A stretch of DNA of 64,000 bases from Octopus vulgaris (lineage: Eukaryota). The notes under the pieces are model-generated. The model had not been told where the DNA came from and searched no databases. It was given only the letters and a program-made list of their open reading frames with translations. Positions 38,987 through 52,195 of the stretch are shown here, piece by piece. A program made the position numbers and the translations under genes. Where the stretch lies: the NCBI GenBank assembly GCA_951406725.2, contig OX597822.1, forward strand, positions 100,440,001 through 100,504,000, written 5' to 3'. How positions within the stretch are numbered: the stretch's first letter is position 1; the number at the start of each line of letters is the position of its first letter.

Positions 38987-39423
38987 CATATATATATATG
39001 CACAGGCTCACACACCTGTGTATGTGTGTGAGAAAAGGAAAGAACGCGGGAGAGAGAGAGAGAGAAATTATTCCATAGTTTGTTGATTTAAGCAGAAGAG
39101 GCGGGATTAACGGGGGAAAGCGTCGAAGAGTCGAGATTGTAATAAACTTGATAACAGAAACCAATGAACAGGCTAATGATCGTCTTTCTGTTAATAATTA
39201 ATCTTAGTTAAAATTTCTTGTGTTGGTGTTGAGATAATCTATAACTAGATGTGCTAAAGAGAGACATCACTGATTACCAGACGTCTCCGAGTAATTAACC
39301 TCATTAATTAAATTGTTTGAATATTTTTGAATAGATTATTACCAATCTGGAGACCTGCTAAGCAGACGTTTAGTCTCCACTATCCTTGCTGAAACTGGAT
39401 AGGCATTCGATATATATATATAT

Positions 39424-39501
<78 letters not shown>

Positions 39502-39773
39502 TAATAGATATAGTTTTGAATTTGAAATAGAACTGTTGTCGCGAATTATTGTGGTTTTCTTGGAAAATTAAATGGAATTGTCAGAAAGGGATTATGAATT
39601 CGCAACCAGGAATCGAAACCTCGGTCTGCATGTTAGTTTTCATTGTTGCTGCCATCTTAGGTGATACAGCGTCAATTTCTTTTCTTTCTATCTTTCCTTT
39701 TTTTTTTTTGAAATACCTCATCCGATTCCATTGTTTCTGATCGAGTTCTAATTTTAACACAGTTATTAATATT

Positions 39774-40171
39774 TTCTATTCAAGGCACAAGGCCCGAAAT
39801 TTTGGGGGAGAGGGCCAGTCAATTAGATCGACCCCAGTACGCAACTGCGTGGTACTTAATTTATCGACTCCGAAAGGATGAAAGGCAAAGTTGACCTCGG
39901 CGGAATTTGAACTCAGAACATAAAGGCAGACGAAATACATGTTTCTTTATTACCCACAAGGAGCTAAACACAGAGAGGCCAAACAAGGACAGACAAACGG
40001 ATTAAGTCGATTATATCGACCCCAGTGCATAACTGGTACTTATTTAATCGACCCCGAAAGGATGGAAGGCAAAGTCGACCTTGGCGGAATTTGATCTCAA
40101 AACGTAACGGCAGACGAAATACCACTAAGTATTTCGCCCGGCGTGCTAGCAATTCTGCCAGCTCGCCGCCT
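39774..40171 (-). mobile_element. SINE family 3 dimer
   Basis: 19-bp TSD TTAACACAGTTATTAATAT. Confidence 0.9.
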
Positions 40172-41212
40172 TAACACAGTTATTAATATAAGACACCTGT
40201 AGCAAAACATTTTCTTTGCTCGGCAACTTTCACAGGGGTAAAATCTTTCTTATTCCTTGCCCTTGGTAGACAACTAACTTGGCTTCAATAGCAAACCAGG
40301 TATGAGCTTTCATATCACTGTCTCCTTCACAGCAACTTAATAGTCAGCCTATTACATCTATAACAAGAAACTCTCGAACAGAACTTAAATATGCATTATT
40401 TCCAACTCGTCGCAGTCGTGATAAACCTCATAACGATTAAATATAAGCTATCATAACTCTAAGTATAAACTATCTAGTGTTAATCCTTTCAGTTACCAGT
40501 TATGAAACTCTCAGCCTTTCGCGATCTTTTTCAAATCCAATCTTTTCTCTACTAGCCTTCTGAACAGCCTTATCCAAACAATCTTGCTAATTACAATTAG
40601 TCTGGTACATCTGGTCACATCTTCAAATTACTACACATACAACCGTTACAGAATTTTGCGCAAGGCGTTGTCTTCAATAACAAATCGTATCATAAAATTG
40701 CCATTTCATTGCAAAGGCTTGTAACTCTCTCATAGAGCTGTGGGAGCGGTGTTGTAATATACGGGCATGCTTTAAGCATTTTGAAATGTGTCGGAGCCCA
40801 TTCCTCTCTATGTCTAACCACAGTCGATTTCTTCCAGAACGAAAGAGACAGACAGAAAGAAAGTACTAGAGAAAGAAAATAGTCGACTCTGGTACATAAC
40901 TGGCGCTTTATTTATCGAGCCTGAAAGATAAAGTTGACTTATGTAGGATCTGAATTTAGAGCGTAGAGAGCAGGAATGATTGCTGCAAGTTGTTTTTCCG
41001 ACACACAAACGACTCTGCCAGTTGGCTATCCATTGTGAAATTGTGAAATAAAATTGTGAACAGTTTAAAAATGGTAAAATTAGTTTGTTGCAAGGAAGAG
41101 GGAAAATGCTTTTCGTCAGAGAGTAATGTTCGTATCGAATCAATAGAATGTCGGTCGGCAGAGGGAGACAAAAATATGAAAAGAGCGAAAATTAAGGGAG
41201 AAGAGGAATGAG

Positions 41213-41255
<43 letters not shown>

Positions 41256-41453
41256 GCACGGACTTTGTCAGTGAACAGGTCGCGGATTTTAGCGACGAAA
41301 ATATTTTGACAAATTAAACTTAAATGTTGAAGTGAATCGAACGGCTTTTGTGTGTTTCTTAAATGGCTTATAAACACCTTCCACGCTGCAATTGTTTTCG
41401 TTTCAGCACACGATCTCAGATCAAATTACTTGCTATGCGAGTACATCTCCGTA

Positions 41454-41521
<68 letters not shown>

Positions 41522-41790
41522 TCTATACATTCTCCTTCGAAACGCGGAGTAGATGAAACCATGGTGACTGAAGAAGGGGAATTTTCCTTGTGTTAATTGT
41601 CCTGTACTCTATTTTTTCGTTGTTTAAGAAAAATGTCCTGTTCCTTGGTTTTATGTTTGTGTTTTCGTTTCTCATTGTGTTCGACGATTTTTTTGGTGTC
41701 CTGTACCCATAGATGCATGTATATATACATGTAGATGTAGGTACGTACATGTATGTATGTATATATGCTTATGTTTTGTTTATTAATTTG

Positions 41791-41835
<45 letters not shown>

Positions 41836-42336
41836 ACAGTGGAGGGAGGAGACCACTTGGCGAAACGTGGTGAAAGTAGGGGAGATAATCAGCAAAGACG
41901 TTGGCAAATTAGAACGATGCAGACAATCTCTAGCTTTCCCGGTTTCTACTCTTGACTTTATTAAAGGTAAGATATTGAGTTATCATTTCAAAGATTATTG
42001 ACGATTATCGAAGATTATTAAATATTATTATAGAACGATAGACGTGGGTAGAAGACATGGGTAGAATTTAGGGTAGAAGCAAGCAACTGCTGAAGCTATT
42101 TACTCAGACGATTAGTTTCTTTTTATATCAAAATAAACAGCTAATGTTCTTATACGTTGGGTGTAGTTGTGGTTGTCGTCATACATTGTTGATGCTGCTA
42201 TTACTGGTGCTGTTATCGTTGTCGTTGTTATCGTTGATGATGTTACTGCTGATGCTTCTGTTGTTCTTGCTATTGTCGTTTATTATCAGTTCTGGTGGAA
42301 TAAATAGATATATGATTAAAGGGGTCTCAGCTATGG

Positions 42337-42768
42337 AAGGTGGCGAGCTGGCAGAAACGTTAGCAGTATTTCGTCTGCCGCTACGTTCTGAGTTCAAATT
42401 CTGCCGAGGTCGACTTTGCCTTTCATCCTTTCGGGGTCGATTAAATAAGTACCAGTTACGCACTGGGGTCGACGTAATCGACTTAATCAGTTTGTCTGTC
42501 CTTGTTTGTCCCCTCTGTGTTTAGTCCCTTGTGGGCAATAAAGAAATAAGAAACGTTAGCACACCGGGCGAAATGCTTAGCGGTATTTCGTCTGCCGTTA
42601 CGTTCTGAGTTCAAATTCTGCCGTGGTCGACTTTGCCTTTTATCCTTTCGGGGTCGATAAATTAAGTACCAGTTGCGCACTGGAGTCGATGTAATCGACT
42701 TAATCCGTTTGCCTGTCCTTGTTTATCCTCCCTGTGTTTAGCTCGATGTGGGTAGTAAAGAAATAGGT
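42337..42768 (+). mobile_element. SINE family 3 dimer
   Basis: TSD TCTCAGCTATGGA. Confidence 0.9.
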
Positions 42769-42945
42769 ATCTCAGCTATGGATATTGCATCTGCCTCCCC
42801 ACCCCCGTTATTGTATACCCTGGCTATACTATCCAATATATACTTTATGTAAATCTATTTGGTCGCTCGAACTGCTGCTGCTTCTAGCAAATCGAGCAGC
42901 CACATAAAAATCCTCTCGTTGGCCTGAATATATGTTAGTCTATAT

Positions 42946-44330
42946 CAGTGTTTCCCAAACTTTTCGCACCGAATTGCAATATCGCCCACCTATCGGCCAA
43001 AAAATGCTCCATCGCTCACCTGTGTAAAAAAAAAAAGACCTTGACACAACCCCCCCACCAACACAAAATCCCCTAAGAGCCCCCCTGTATCATTTGACAC
43101 ACACACTACATTGTTGCCCTGTTGGTGCCGTTTGGACCAACGGGTGTTTACAAATCCTTTATTATGGGTTTAGTTTTGCCATTAGTGTCAATAAAATTCT
43201 AGCGTTAACTCTATATTATGCAGACAGATTAACTTCTGGAAACTTGCGCTTTCTTTTACACTGATTTTCATTTTCCCCAAATGAACCATTGATCAGAACT
43301 ACCGATGCAAAAATAATTAATGATTGTATTACAAAGGAAAAGAATACAACCTTTTAATGAGAACCATGTGTCTGGTGCGATGCAGCTAGTTGCCGATACA
43401 TACGGTTTCAAACTTGTCAACTTTAGCCGCATGTCTCCTCGTTGTATCACATCCAGTCCAATTTTTTTATGGGAAAGTTCCAACATGGTTAAAACCAGAT
43501 TCAACTAGGTATGAAGTAGGGAAGGCAAGCAAAAGTAATTTCAGATTGAGGTAGGAATTCAATAAACTCTGATGGTATCACAAACCTTCTTCACCATTAC
43601 GGTGTAATCGCATTGTGGCGTCATTGCCAATTTGTAATTCTATCAATTCCTCCTGAACATCATACTCGCAATGACTGCATCGACCTCAAACGGATTGCTA
43701 TACCAATTTGGAATATTCAGCGCAACAACATCTTCAAATCACTCCATGTTATCGTGCAGTGGTTGTATATAGTTGCGATATGCAGTTAAATCCTCATCAA
43801 TCAATTCATCTTTCAAAGAATCAAGTTCTGGAAGTTAATAGAATTGACGTTTTGAAATGTTAGTCTTAAACAACACCAATTTCGAAATGAAGGTAGTGAT
43901 TAATGATTTACAATCAACGAGAGTTTTACTGTTCCCTTGCAATAATCTATTCAAATAATTTAATTTTATGAATACATCACAAATAAAAAAGATATCACTT
44001 CTTGCAGCCATCAATGAGGCGGATAGTGGAATATTTTCAAAGAAAAAGATATTATATAAAACAGTTGAACAAAATGTAAAACACAGTTTCCATTTGACAG
44101 CCACCGCACTTGGTATGGTATAAGAGTTTAGTATGACCCTCATCATTTCTCAGACAGAGTTGACAGAAAATTCGATCAGACAAGGGACTGGACTTCAATT
44201 TGTTCACAGTCTTGATAACTAATTGTAGCGCATCATTCAATCTACTGTTTATATTTTTTGTCAATAAATGCTGCCGGTGTGTCAAGCAATGAACAGTTAG
44301 TATCTGGTGGGAAATTTCACGCAAAATAGG
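42946..44330 (-). mobile_element. hAT (Charlie/Buster, ZBED5/8-like) transposon 3' remnant
   Basis: TIR CAGTGTTTCCCAAAC; minus-strand VHCLTHRQHL, LLYHT, LNRLLQG, PTSYLVESGF and RGDMRLKLT. Confidence 0.85.
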
Positions 44331-44334
44331 AGGA

Positions 44335-44672
44335 GGAGACCTCCTTCGGTCATGAATTACCATGGGGCTGCACCTAGAAAGTTACCCTCCGAGGCACAAA
44401 TCAGGGCAAGATTGTTTGTGGAAGGCTAGCAGTCACCCATGCATACCAGCCTCCTCTCTCCATGCCACCGATGTTATCCAAGGGAAAGGCAAATGCCAAT
44501 ACAGCTTGGCACCAGTGATGTCGCAACTCATTTCTACAGCTGAGTGAACTGGAGCAACGTGAAATAAAGTGTCTTGCTCAAGAACACAACACGTAGTCCG
44601 GTCCGGGAATCGAATTCACAATCTCACGATCGTAAACTCTGCGCTCTAACCTCTGAGCCATGCGCTTTCACA
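44335..44672 (-). mobile_element. tRNA-derived SINE (TTGAGCAAGACACT type)
   Basis: Head with GTTAGAGCG and TTCGATTCC; homology to 8935-9060. Confidence 0.8.
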
Positions 44673-45422
44673 GTCCGCAATGCCAGAAAAATCCGCGATG
44701 TACTGAGAGCGCGATAGGTGAATCGTGATATGGCGAGTGGTTACTGTATGTCAGCCTCTCGTTCCGTTTTCGACAGGATTTCTGGACACCTTTTAAGTTT
44801 CTGTAAATAGAAACTTGTTAGCATTACCATGTCAGTATTATGTCATCTTGACACCATTAGGCTTTCTAAAGTCAGCCGTCGCAATATGATAATGCTTTTA
44901 TCAAATCTTGATATTATTTAATATTTTGATAACAAGATGATTATTTTACAGAACCTTGATCTGCGTAACAAAATGCTGATTAAAAACAAGAAGAACAAAA
45001 ACAAAAACATTTTGCTAGTTTATTTCTTATAACTGATTAATCTGCAGCCGTTCGGATGAGAAAGCGACAGCGCGCCCGCATGCGTGAGAAGCAGAAGTAT
45101 AGAAAAAAGAGAAGAGAGGAAGAGATAGAGAAGAGAGACAAGAAGAGAGAGAGAGGAGGAGAGAGATGGAGGAAGAGAGGGTTGGAAGAAAAGTGAGAGC
45201 AAGACTAGGAGTGCTTGTGTGTTAGTCTATGAGTGTATGTGTGTGTGTTTGCGTGTGTTTAACGCATCAGGTGAGCTGGCTAAAATGAAAGAACAACAAC
45301 AACAAAAAAACACAAACAAACACACATTTGGTTTTACTTTATCTGAGATTAATATTTTGTGTTCACTGAGGTATGTAATCCATTGGACGGATTTACTACT
45401 CACCGATACACGTCGGGTAATA

Positions 45423-45862
45423 CTACTATGGCAATTCCTCAAGGTCGAGGATGATGGTCTTCGCGCAAATTTATTGGTGAGTCCGCAGGTGACTGATAAG
45501 ACAAATTCTTGCTCGAAAAGATCGGTCGCAGTGCGGACATCAAGTGCCGGAAGGGAGAGTCGCACGTGGTTGTTGTTGTTGGCGCTCCTTCCGTCGTCTT
45601 CGTCTTTTCTCCTCCAGCTCTGCAGACCTTTTCGACTCGAAATTCGCCGTTCCCTCATGGATGGTGGTGGTTTTCCAGAGTGGTCTGTTTTTTGCCGTTT
45701 CCTCCCAGTTGGTGAAGTCAATGTCACACTTTTTGAGGTTCGATTTCAGGGAGTCCTTGTAGCGTTTCTTCTGGCCTCCTTTTGTACGCTTGCCGTCTTT
45801 GAGTTGGGAGTAGAAGATCTGTTTGAGAAGTCGTTCGTCAGTCATAGAATGACACACACATA

Positions 45863-45909
<47 letters not shown>

Positions 45910-46342
45910 TATCTATGGCAATCCCTCAAGGTCGAGGATGATGGTCTTCGCGCAAATTTATTGGTGAGTCCGCAGGTGACTGATAAGACCAATTCTTGCT
46001 CGATAAGATCGGTCACAGTGCGGACATCTAGTGCCGGAAGGGAGAGTCGCACGTGGTTGTTGTTGTTGGCGCTCCTTCCGTCGTCGTCGTCTTTTCTCCT
46101 CCAGCTCTGCAGACCTTTTCGACTCGAAATTCGCCGTTCCCTCATGGATGGATGGTGGTGGTTTTCCAGAGTGGTCTGTTTTTTTGCCGTTTCCTGGAGC
46201 GGCCACGTGGTTAGAATGACTGACGAACGACTTCCCAAACAGATCTTCTACTCCCAACTCAAAGACGGCAAGCGTACAAAAGGAGGCCAGAAGAAACGCT
46301 ACAAGGACTCCCTGAAATCGAACCTCAAAAAAAAAAAAAAAA
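45423..46342 (-). mobile_element. Chimeric RTE-clade insertion: two 3' ends plus an inverted piece inside one TSD
   Basis: [38 protein letters not shown]...GLISHLRTH; 13-bp TSD ACGTCGGGTAATA at 45410 and 46343. Confidence 0.9.
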
Positions 46343-47246
46343 ACGTCGGGTAATATGTTTTATCAAAAGACATGTAAAAGGCATTCATTATCATGTAGGT
46401 ACTCTATGTCTGTCTGTCTGTCTCTCTTTCTCTCACACATGCACACACACACTCATATTAAACAGAAATGGACCAAGAGAAATAACGCATGTGCACGAAC
46501 GGCATAAACATATACAGGTATAGCAAATACGGTACAACATAATTTTTTTATTTTACAATCATCGGAGTCCGAAGCGTTCCTCACGAACGCACGTTGGTGA
46601 GACGGTTGTGATATATAAACAGTTTCGAATAAGAACCGGAAAGCGAAGTATGAACATGCAATGTGCATGTGCACGCCGAACATAAAAATAAAAATGCAAT
46701 GCGCATGTCAAAGTAAAACGGAAGAGGAGAATAAAACAAATTATATGACAACACTATTAGTGAAGCTTTGCTGTAATTGTCTTGGTTATTTTTTTCATTT
46801 TTCGTTTATTAAAACCATCTTCGCATTTAGATGAGTCACAATTACCAAATGGCAATTAAGACCAGCTACATATGAGAAGGGGAGATAATCGCAAGAACCA
46901 AGCATTCTCTAGAGTTGGCAACGTGCCATTAAAGAGAAGAACAGTATTAAATGAAGTACCGAGAAGAGTATTTTATTTACTAAAAGAAACTTTGAAAGCT
47001 GTGCCCCAAGAATGACTGCAGTACTGAAACTGCTAAAAAATTTAAAAGAAAAACTGACCGATGCATAGCCGTCTTTGAAGCATTATAGGCCCCTGGACAA
47101 CTTAATACATTAGGTTCTATAGTAGTTATTTACTTGTAAGCAAGCCACAGCATACACAGACCAGAATTGAACCACTAGACCAGACTTGTGAGGCCCTTGG
47201 ACAACTGCTCAGCGTGCCCACGCTTTAAGACAGTATTAGACCCATG

Positions 47247-47666
47247 GAAGGCGGCGAGCTGGCAGAACCGTTAGCACGCCGGGCGAAATGCGTAGCCGTA
47301 TTTCGTCTGCCGTTATGTTCTGAGTTCAAATTCCGCCGAGGTCAGCTTTGCCTTTCATCCTTTCGGGGTCGATAAATTAAGTACCAGCTACGCACTGGGG
47401 TTGATGTAATCGACTTAATCCGTGTGTCTGTCCTTGTTTGTCCTCTCTGTATTTAGCCCCTTGGGGGTAGTAAAGAAATAGGTATTTCGTTCGTCTTTAC
47501 GTTCTGAGTTCATATTCCGCCGAGGTCAGCTTTGCCTTTCATCCTTTCGGGGTCGATAAATTAAGTACCAGTTACGCACTGGGGTCGATGTAATCGACTT
47601 AATCCGTGTGTCTGTCCTTGTTTGTCCTCTCTGTGTTTATCCCCTTGTGGGTAGTAAAGAAATAGG
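47247..47666 (+). mobile_element. SINE family 3 dimer
   Basis: TSD GTATTAGACCCATGG. Confidence 0.9.
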
Positions 47667-47900
47667 TATTAGACCCATGGTTGTTTTCACCCAAGTTTAT
47701 TTGAAAAACAGTAGTTTAAACATTTAAGTTTCATCTTCTAATCTTTATCGCATTACTGTTACAAATATAGAAACAATGTCATTGATGTTCCGACAATTAT
47801 ATAAGTCATTCATTCACCTGCTCCCTTATCCCCTCATCACTAACAAACATAATCTATGCCACCCTCACCATCCACAACAACGAACATAATAAGGTATGAT

Positions 47901-48102
47901 AACATTGGTGCTGTTGTATACAGTTAGATAATTCCAGTGTAGTTGCTGGCTTAATTTCAATGGCAAATTAGTTGGCTTGGCCGAACCCTTTACAGAGGAT
48001 TATCCAGCTATGTTCACTGGAGCTTAAAATCTCCTCATTTTAACCTCTCGTAAAAACATCTGTTTTAGTAACACATGTAGAATTTTCACTGTCATGGTCA
48101 GA
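47901..48102 (-). other. Conserved non-coding module C, copy 4 (inverted)
   Basis: Reverse-complement homologue of 15839-16050. Confidence 0.85.
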
Positions 48103-48314
48103 TGTATCGGAATGAACTTGAATATATAAGTCTCCCTGTCTCTCTCTGTCTCTGTCTCTCTCCTCTTCCTTCTTCCCATTTTTCATTCTTTTTTCTCTTT
48201 CTCTCTTTGCATGTATGTATGTATGCATGTATGTATGTATGTATGTATGTATGTATGTATGTATGTATGTATGTATGTATGTATGTATGTATGTATTACT
48301 TTTACCTCTCCAAT

Positions 48315-48558
48315 ATAAGCTCATTTATTACTGATTCCAATCTTAATATCGAGGAAAACCTCAGTGAAGGGTTCTTGCCAAGAAATTAACAGATTATCAA
48401 CGGTCATTGAGATATACATCCATTTTTGTACACACTGGTAATGACATCAGATGTATCTTAAATTTCATTGCCAAGACCACGCCAGACTGTAATACAACAA
48501 TGTGTAGGTGAGATGTTAATGAAATGAAAAGGAAGAGGGGGTAGTCTGTGACGTATTT
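48315..48558 (-). other. Conserved non-coding module B, copy 2 (inverted)
   Basis: Reverse-complement homologue of 32881-33139. Confidence 0.85.
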
Positions 48559-48645
48559 CACTATTTAAAAGAATATACATACATACACACATACATACAT
48601 ATATATGTATGTATGTATATAACAATTTAACAAATAAAACATATG

Positions 48646-48676
<31 letters not shown>

Positions 48677-48707
48677 GTACATACCTACATCTATATGTAT
48701 ATATACA

Positions 48708-48771
<64 letters not shown>

Positions 48772-48889
48772 TACAGGACACCACAAATAAACGTAGAACA
48801 CAACGAGAAATGAAAACATAAAAACTAACAAGGAAACGGACTTTTTTTAACAACGAAAAAACAGAGTACAAGACAAACAATACAAGGAA

Positions 48890-48933
<44 letters not shown>

Positions 48934-48984
48934 CTTTATATATGTATGTATGTATATATATATATGGAACATTTGCAGGTTTAT

Positions 48985-49215
48985 AATTTATTTCATATTT
49001 AGGGGGACCCCCAATGAGGTAGTATCCATTGATGAGATTAACTGGATATTATCAATGGGTAATATGCCTTGAACCACATTAGGCTTTGTCCATATCTACA
49101 CTGGTGGTGACATCACGTGTTCTGATGGGTTCATTGTCAAGATCATTGCTGAGTGTATGGGGGGGCGGGAATTAATGGATGTGGGAGATGGTCTGTGACG
49201 TATTTAAGAGAAAAT
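48985..49215 (-). other. Conserved non-coding module A, copy 2 (inverted)
   Basis: Reverse-complement homologue of 32560-32806. Confidence 0.8.
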
Positions 49216-51257
49216 GCGTTCAGTTGAACAGAGAAAATTACCAGACGTGTTGAAATGCATCAATATATTTACATATATTCTCTTTAACTCTTTTTCGTTG
49301 TTTCACTCAAATGACAACGGTCAAGTATATATATATATATATATATGTATGTATATATATATATATATACGTTGAAATATTTGTAAAGAATGTTGAATCT
49401 GAAATTTTTTGTCGCTCTCTCTACAATTGTAAGAATTGAATGGCGGTGGAGACTATTTTTATGGTGCAGCTGAAGTCGTATTTCAAAAAAATTTAGGGTA
49501 TTGGAATGTTAAAATGGCGGCCACTTCTGATTTAGATTATGAAATATAAGGATTTTATGCTTCAGTGAATAAATAACGTTAATCCTAAAAGGGCAACAAT
49601 ATATGTTTATGTAGCTTAAATCTCCATTGTTTGTTAAGAGCGCTGATAACTTTGCAGCGAATAAGGATTATTAACCGCTTAACACGGAATGTTATACTAC
49701 AAACACATACGTGTTTTCAAACAAATACATTCACATGTACATACAAATACACAGATGTTTTTCTTCTTACTTTTGGTACCAGGCTGACGATTTTGAGGAG
49801 AAGAAATACGTACATTACATCAACCCCAGTACTTGACTATCGCTTTATTTTTATGGACACCGAAAAGATGAAAAGCAAATTTGACATCGACAGAATTTGA
49901 ACTCAGAATGTAAAGAGTCTGATGAAATACCGCTTAACTTTTTGTCCGACACGCTAACGATTCTGCCAGTCTATTAAATATGAAAAGTGACCATCTCCTT
50001 TGTAATAATTGACCACTTTGGGACAATACGAGTATATATATGTGTGTGTATGTGTGTGTGTGCGCACGTGTACAACTGCACATTGTGAACGCAGCAATAG
50101 CCAAATAGCTGAAGTCGCTTAGCAGCCATGAGGTCTCGGGTTCGAGGAGATAGCTGAATAACTGTAAACTTACTTTTGGGCCACCATATATATATAAGAC
50201 AGAAAAATGGGACAAGAATGTAAAACATCCAGACAATCGATACAAAAAAAAGGACGAGTCATTCGGAGTTTTCTTTCTAAAGTCGAGTTCCAGATTATCT
50301 TTGCAATTTTGGCTGGTTATACTCGAGATTTCTCCAATCTAGCCTGCTCCAAGGAAAAACTAAGCTAAGAGCATTAGATTCCTTGGAAGAAAGCAGCGAA
50401 TGTATATGAAAACAAGGACAGAAAAAAAACGGAGAAATTGTACACAAATACAAAAAACAGGACATTAACAACGGGTGTCTTTCGACTAAGGACGAATTAA
50501 ATTAAGCTGGCGTGTGTGGAAGTAAAGCCTTGTGGCAGGGACATACGATTTGACAGACACAGGGAAGAATATAGATGCTGCACGGAAGGTAGTCGAACCA
50601 AAAAAGAAAGCTCAGGCTTGGCCGAACACCGGTAATCTGGGGAGAGAAGTGAGGGAGGTAGAGGTAGAGGGATAGAAGAATTAGGAGGAGCAAGAAAAAC
50701 ATGAAAGGCACAGAGTGAAGTGAAAGAGGAGAGAAGGTGAGCATGAAGAAAAGGCCAGGAAATGTGAGAAGGGGGAACGAAAGAGCGAAGTCGGAATGAA
50801 TGAAGTAGGTGTGAAGAGGCTGATAGAAAGAAGGAAAGAATGAAAGAAAAGAAAGAATGGAAAGAATAACAGAGTCGTACAAAATTTAGATATATATATA
50901 CTTACATATAAGAGACCAAAGTGTACGTACGCCGCTATATTTTTTTATCTATAAAAATACAAAAATGGGCCAAGAACGCAAAACATCCAGACAGGTGATA
51001 CAAAAAGGGGACAACAAAACATCCAGACAGACGATACAAAGAAAACAAGGACGGGTCATTCGAAGTTTTCTTTCCATCCACACACACACACACACAAACA
51101 CACGGGTATAAATGTATTTCAATACATACACTTTGATATATATATATATATATATATATATTTAATCATATCAAAGGGAAATGGAAATTAATCAAAATTT
51201 ACATTTTCAGTGGTCTAACGTGTAAAAATTTAGTCCAAAAGACTATGTATTAGTCAT

Positions 51258-51503
51258 AAGATACAGTGTACGTTTAAATATATGAGGAATCCACTCATAG
51301 GATTCAACACGCTAGAAAGAACAGCTAGGTTCTATAACCACAAAATTGGTCCAGGAAACTAGATGGTAAAATGTTTTTATTTTTTCATTTCGTTCCTGTC
51401 GAATTTTATCCCTAATTTTGTGGTTATAGAACCTAGCTGTTCTTTCTAGCGTGTTGGATCCCATGAGTGGATACCTCATGTGTTTAAATGTACACTGTAT
51501 CTT
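51258..51503. mobile_element. Foldback/MITE with ~90-bp inverted arms
   Basis: 51258-51347 is the inverse of 51414-51503. Confidence 0.8.
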
Positions 51504-51566
51504 TTATATATATATATGTATATTGCTGCATATTTGCGCGCGCGTGTATATATATATATATTTATA

Positions 51567-51642
<76 letters not shown>

Positions 51643-51992
51643 CAGTAATCTACTGTATAATCAACGCTGTCAAAGTAAATGATTTCAAAACCAAGGTTAT
51701 AGTATGAAATTAAAAGATGAGCAAAAAAAAAATATCGAATTTACAGAGATTATAGTAAAATAATAAGCAATTAAATACGAAAGCAATTAAATTGGTCATA
51801 ATTCATTTTTAAGTTTGTCACAAGGGCGTATATTTTGGGCATTTATACAGGGAAGTAATGAGTTACACGGTTAATTAACGATGCAATAACAAGGACAATT
51901 GTTAACTCTAAGGTGCAATACGTATATGTATGGGTGTGTTTGTGTCTGTGTGTGGGTATATATATACACCCACACACACAAACCTATATCTG

Positions 51993-52040
<48 letters not shown>

Positions 52041-52052
52041 CCTATCTGTCTG

Positions 52053-52113
<61 letters not shown>

Positions 52114-52135
52114 GTCTTTCTCTCTCTCACCTTCA

Positions 52136-52193
<58 letters not shown>

Positions 52194-52195
52194 TT

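Noticed and set aside
49015-49024. TGAGGTAGTA match to the let-7 5' end
   Set aside because: Only 10 nt, no matching hairpin, and absent from the paralogue A1.
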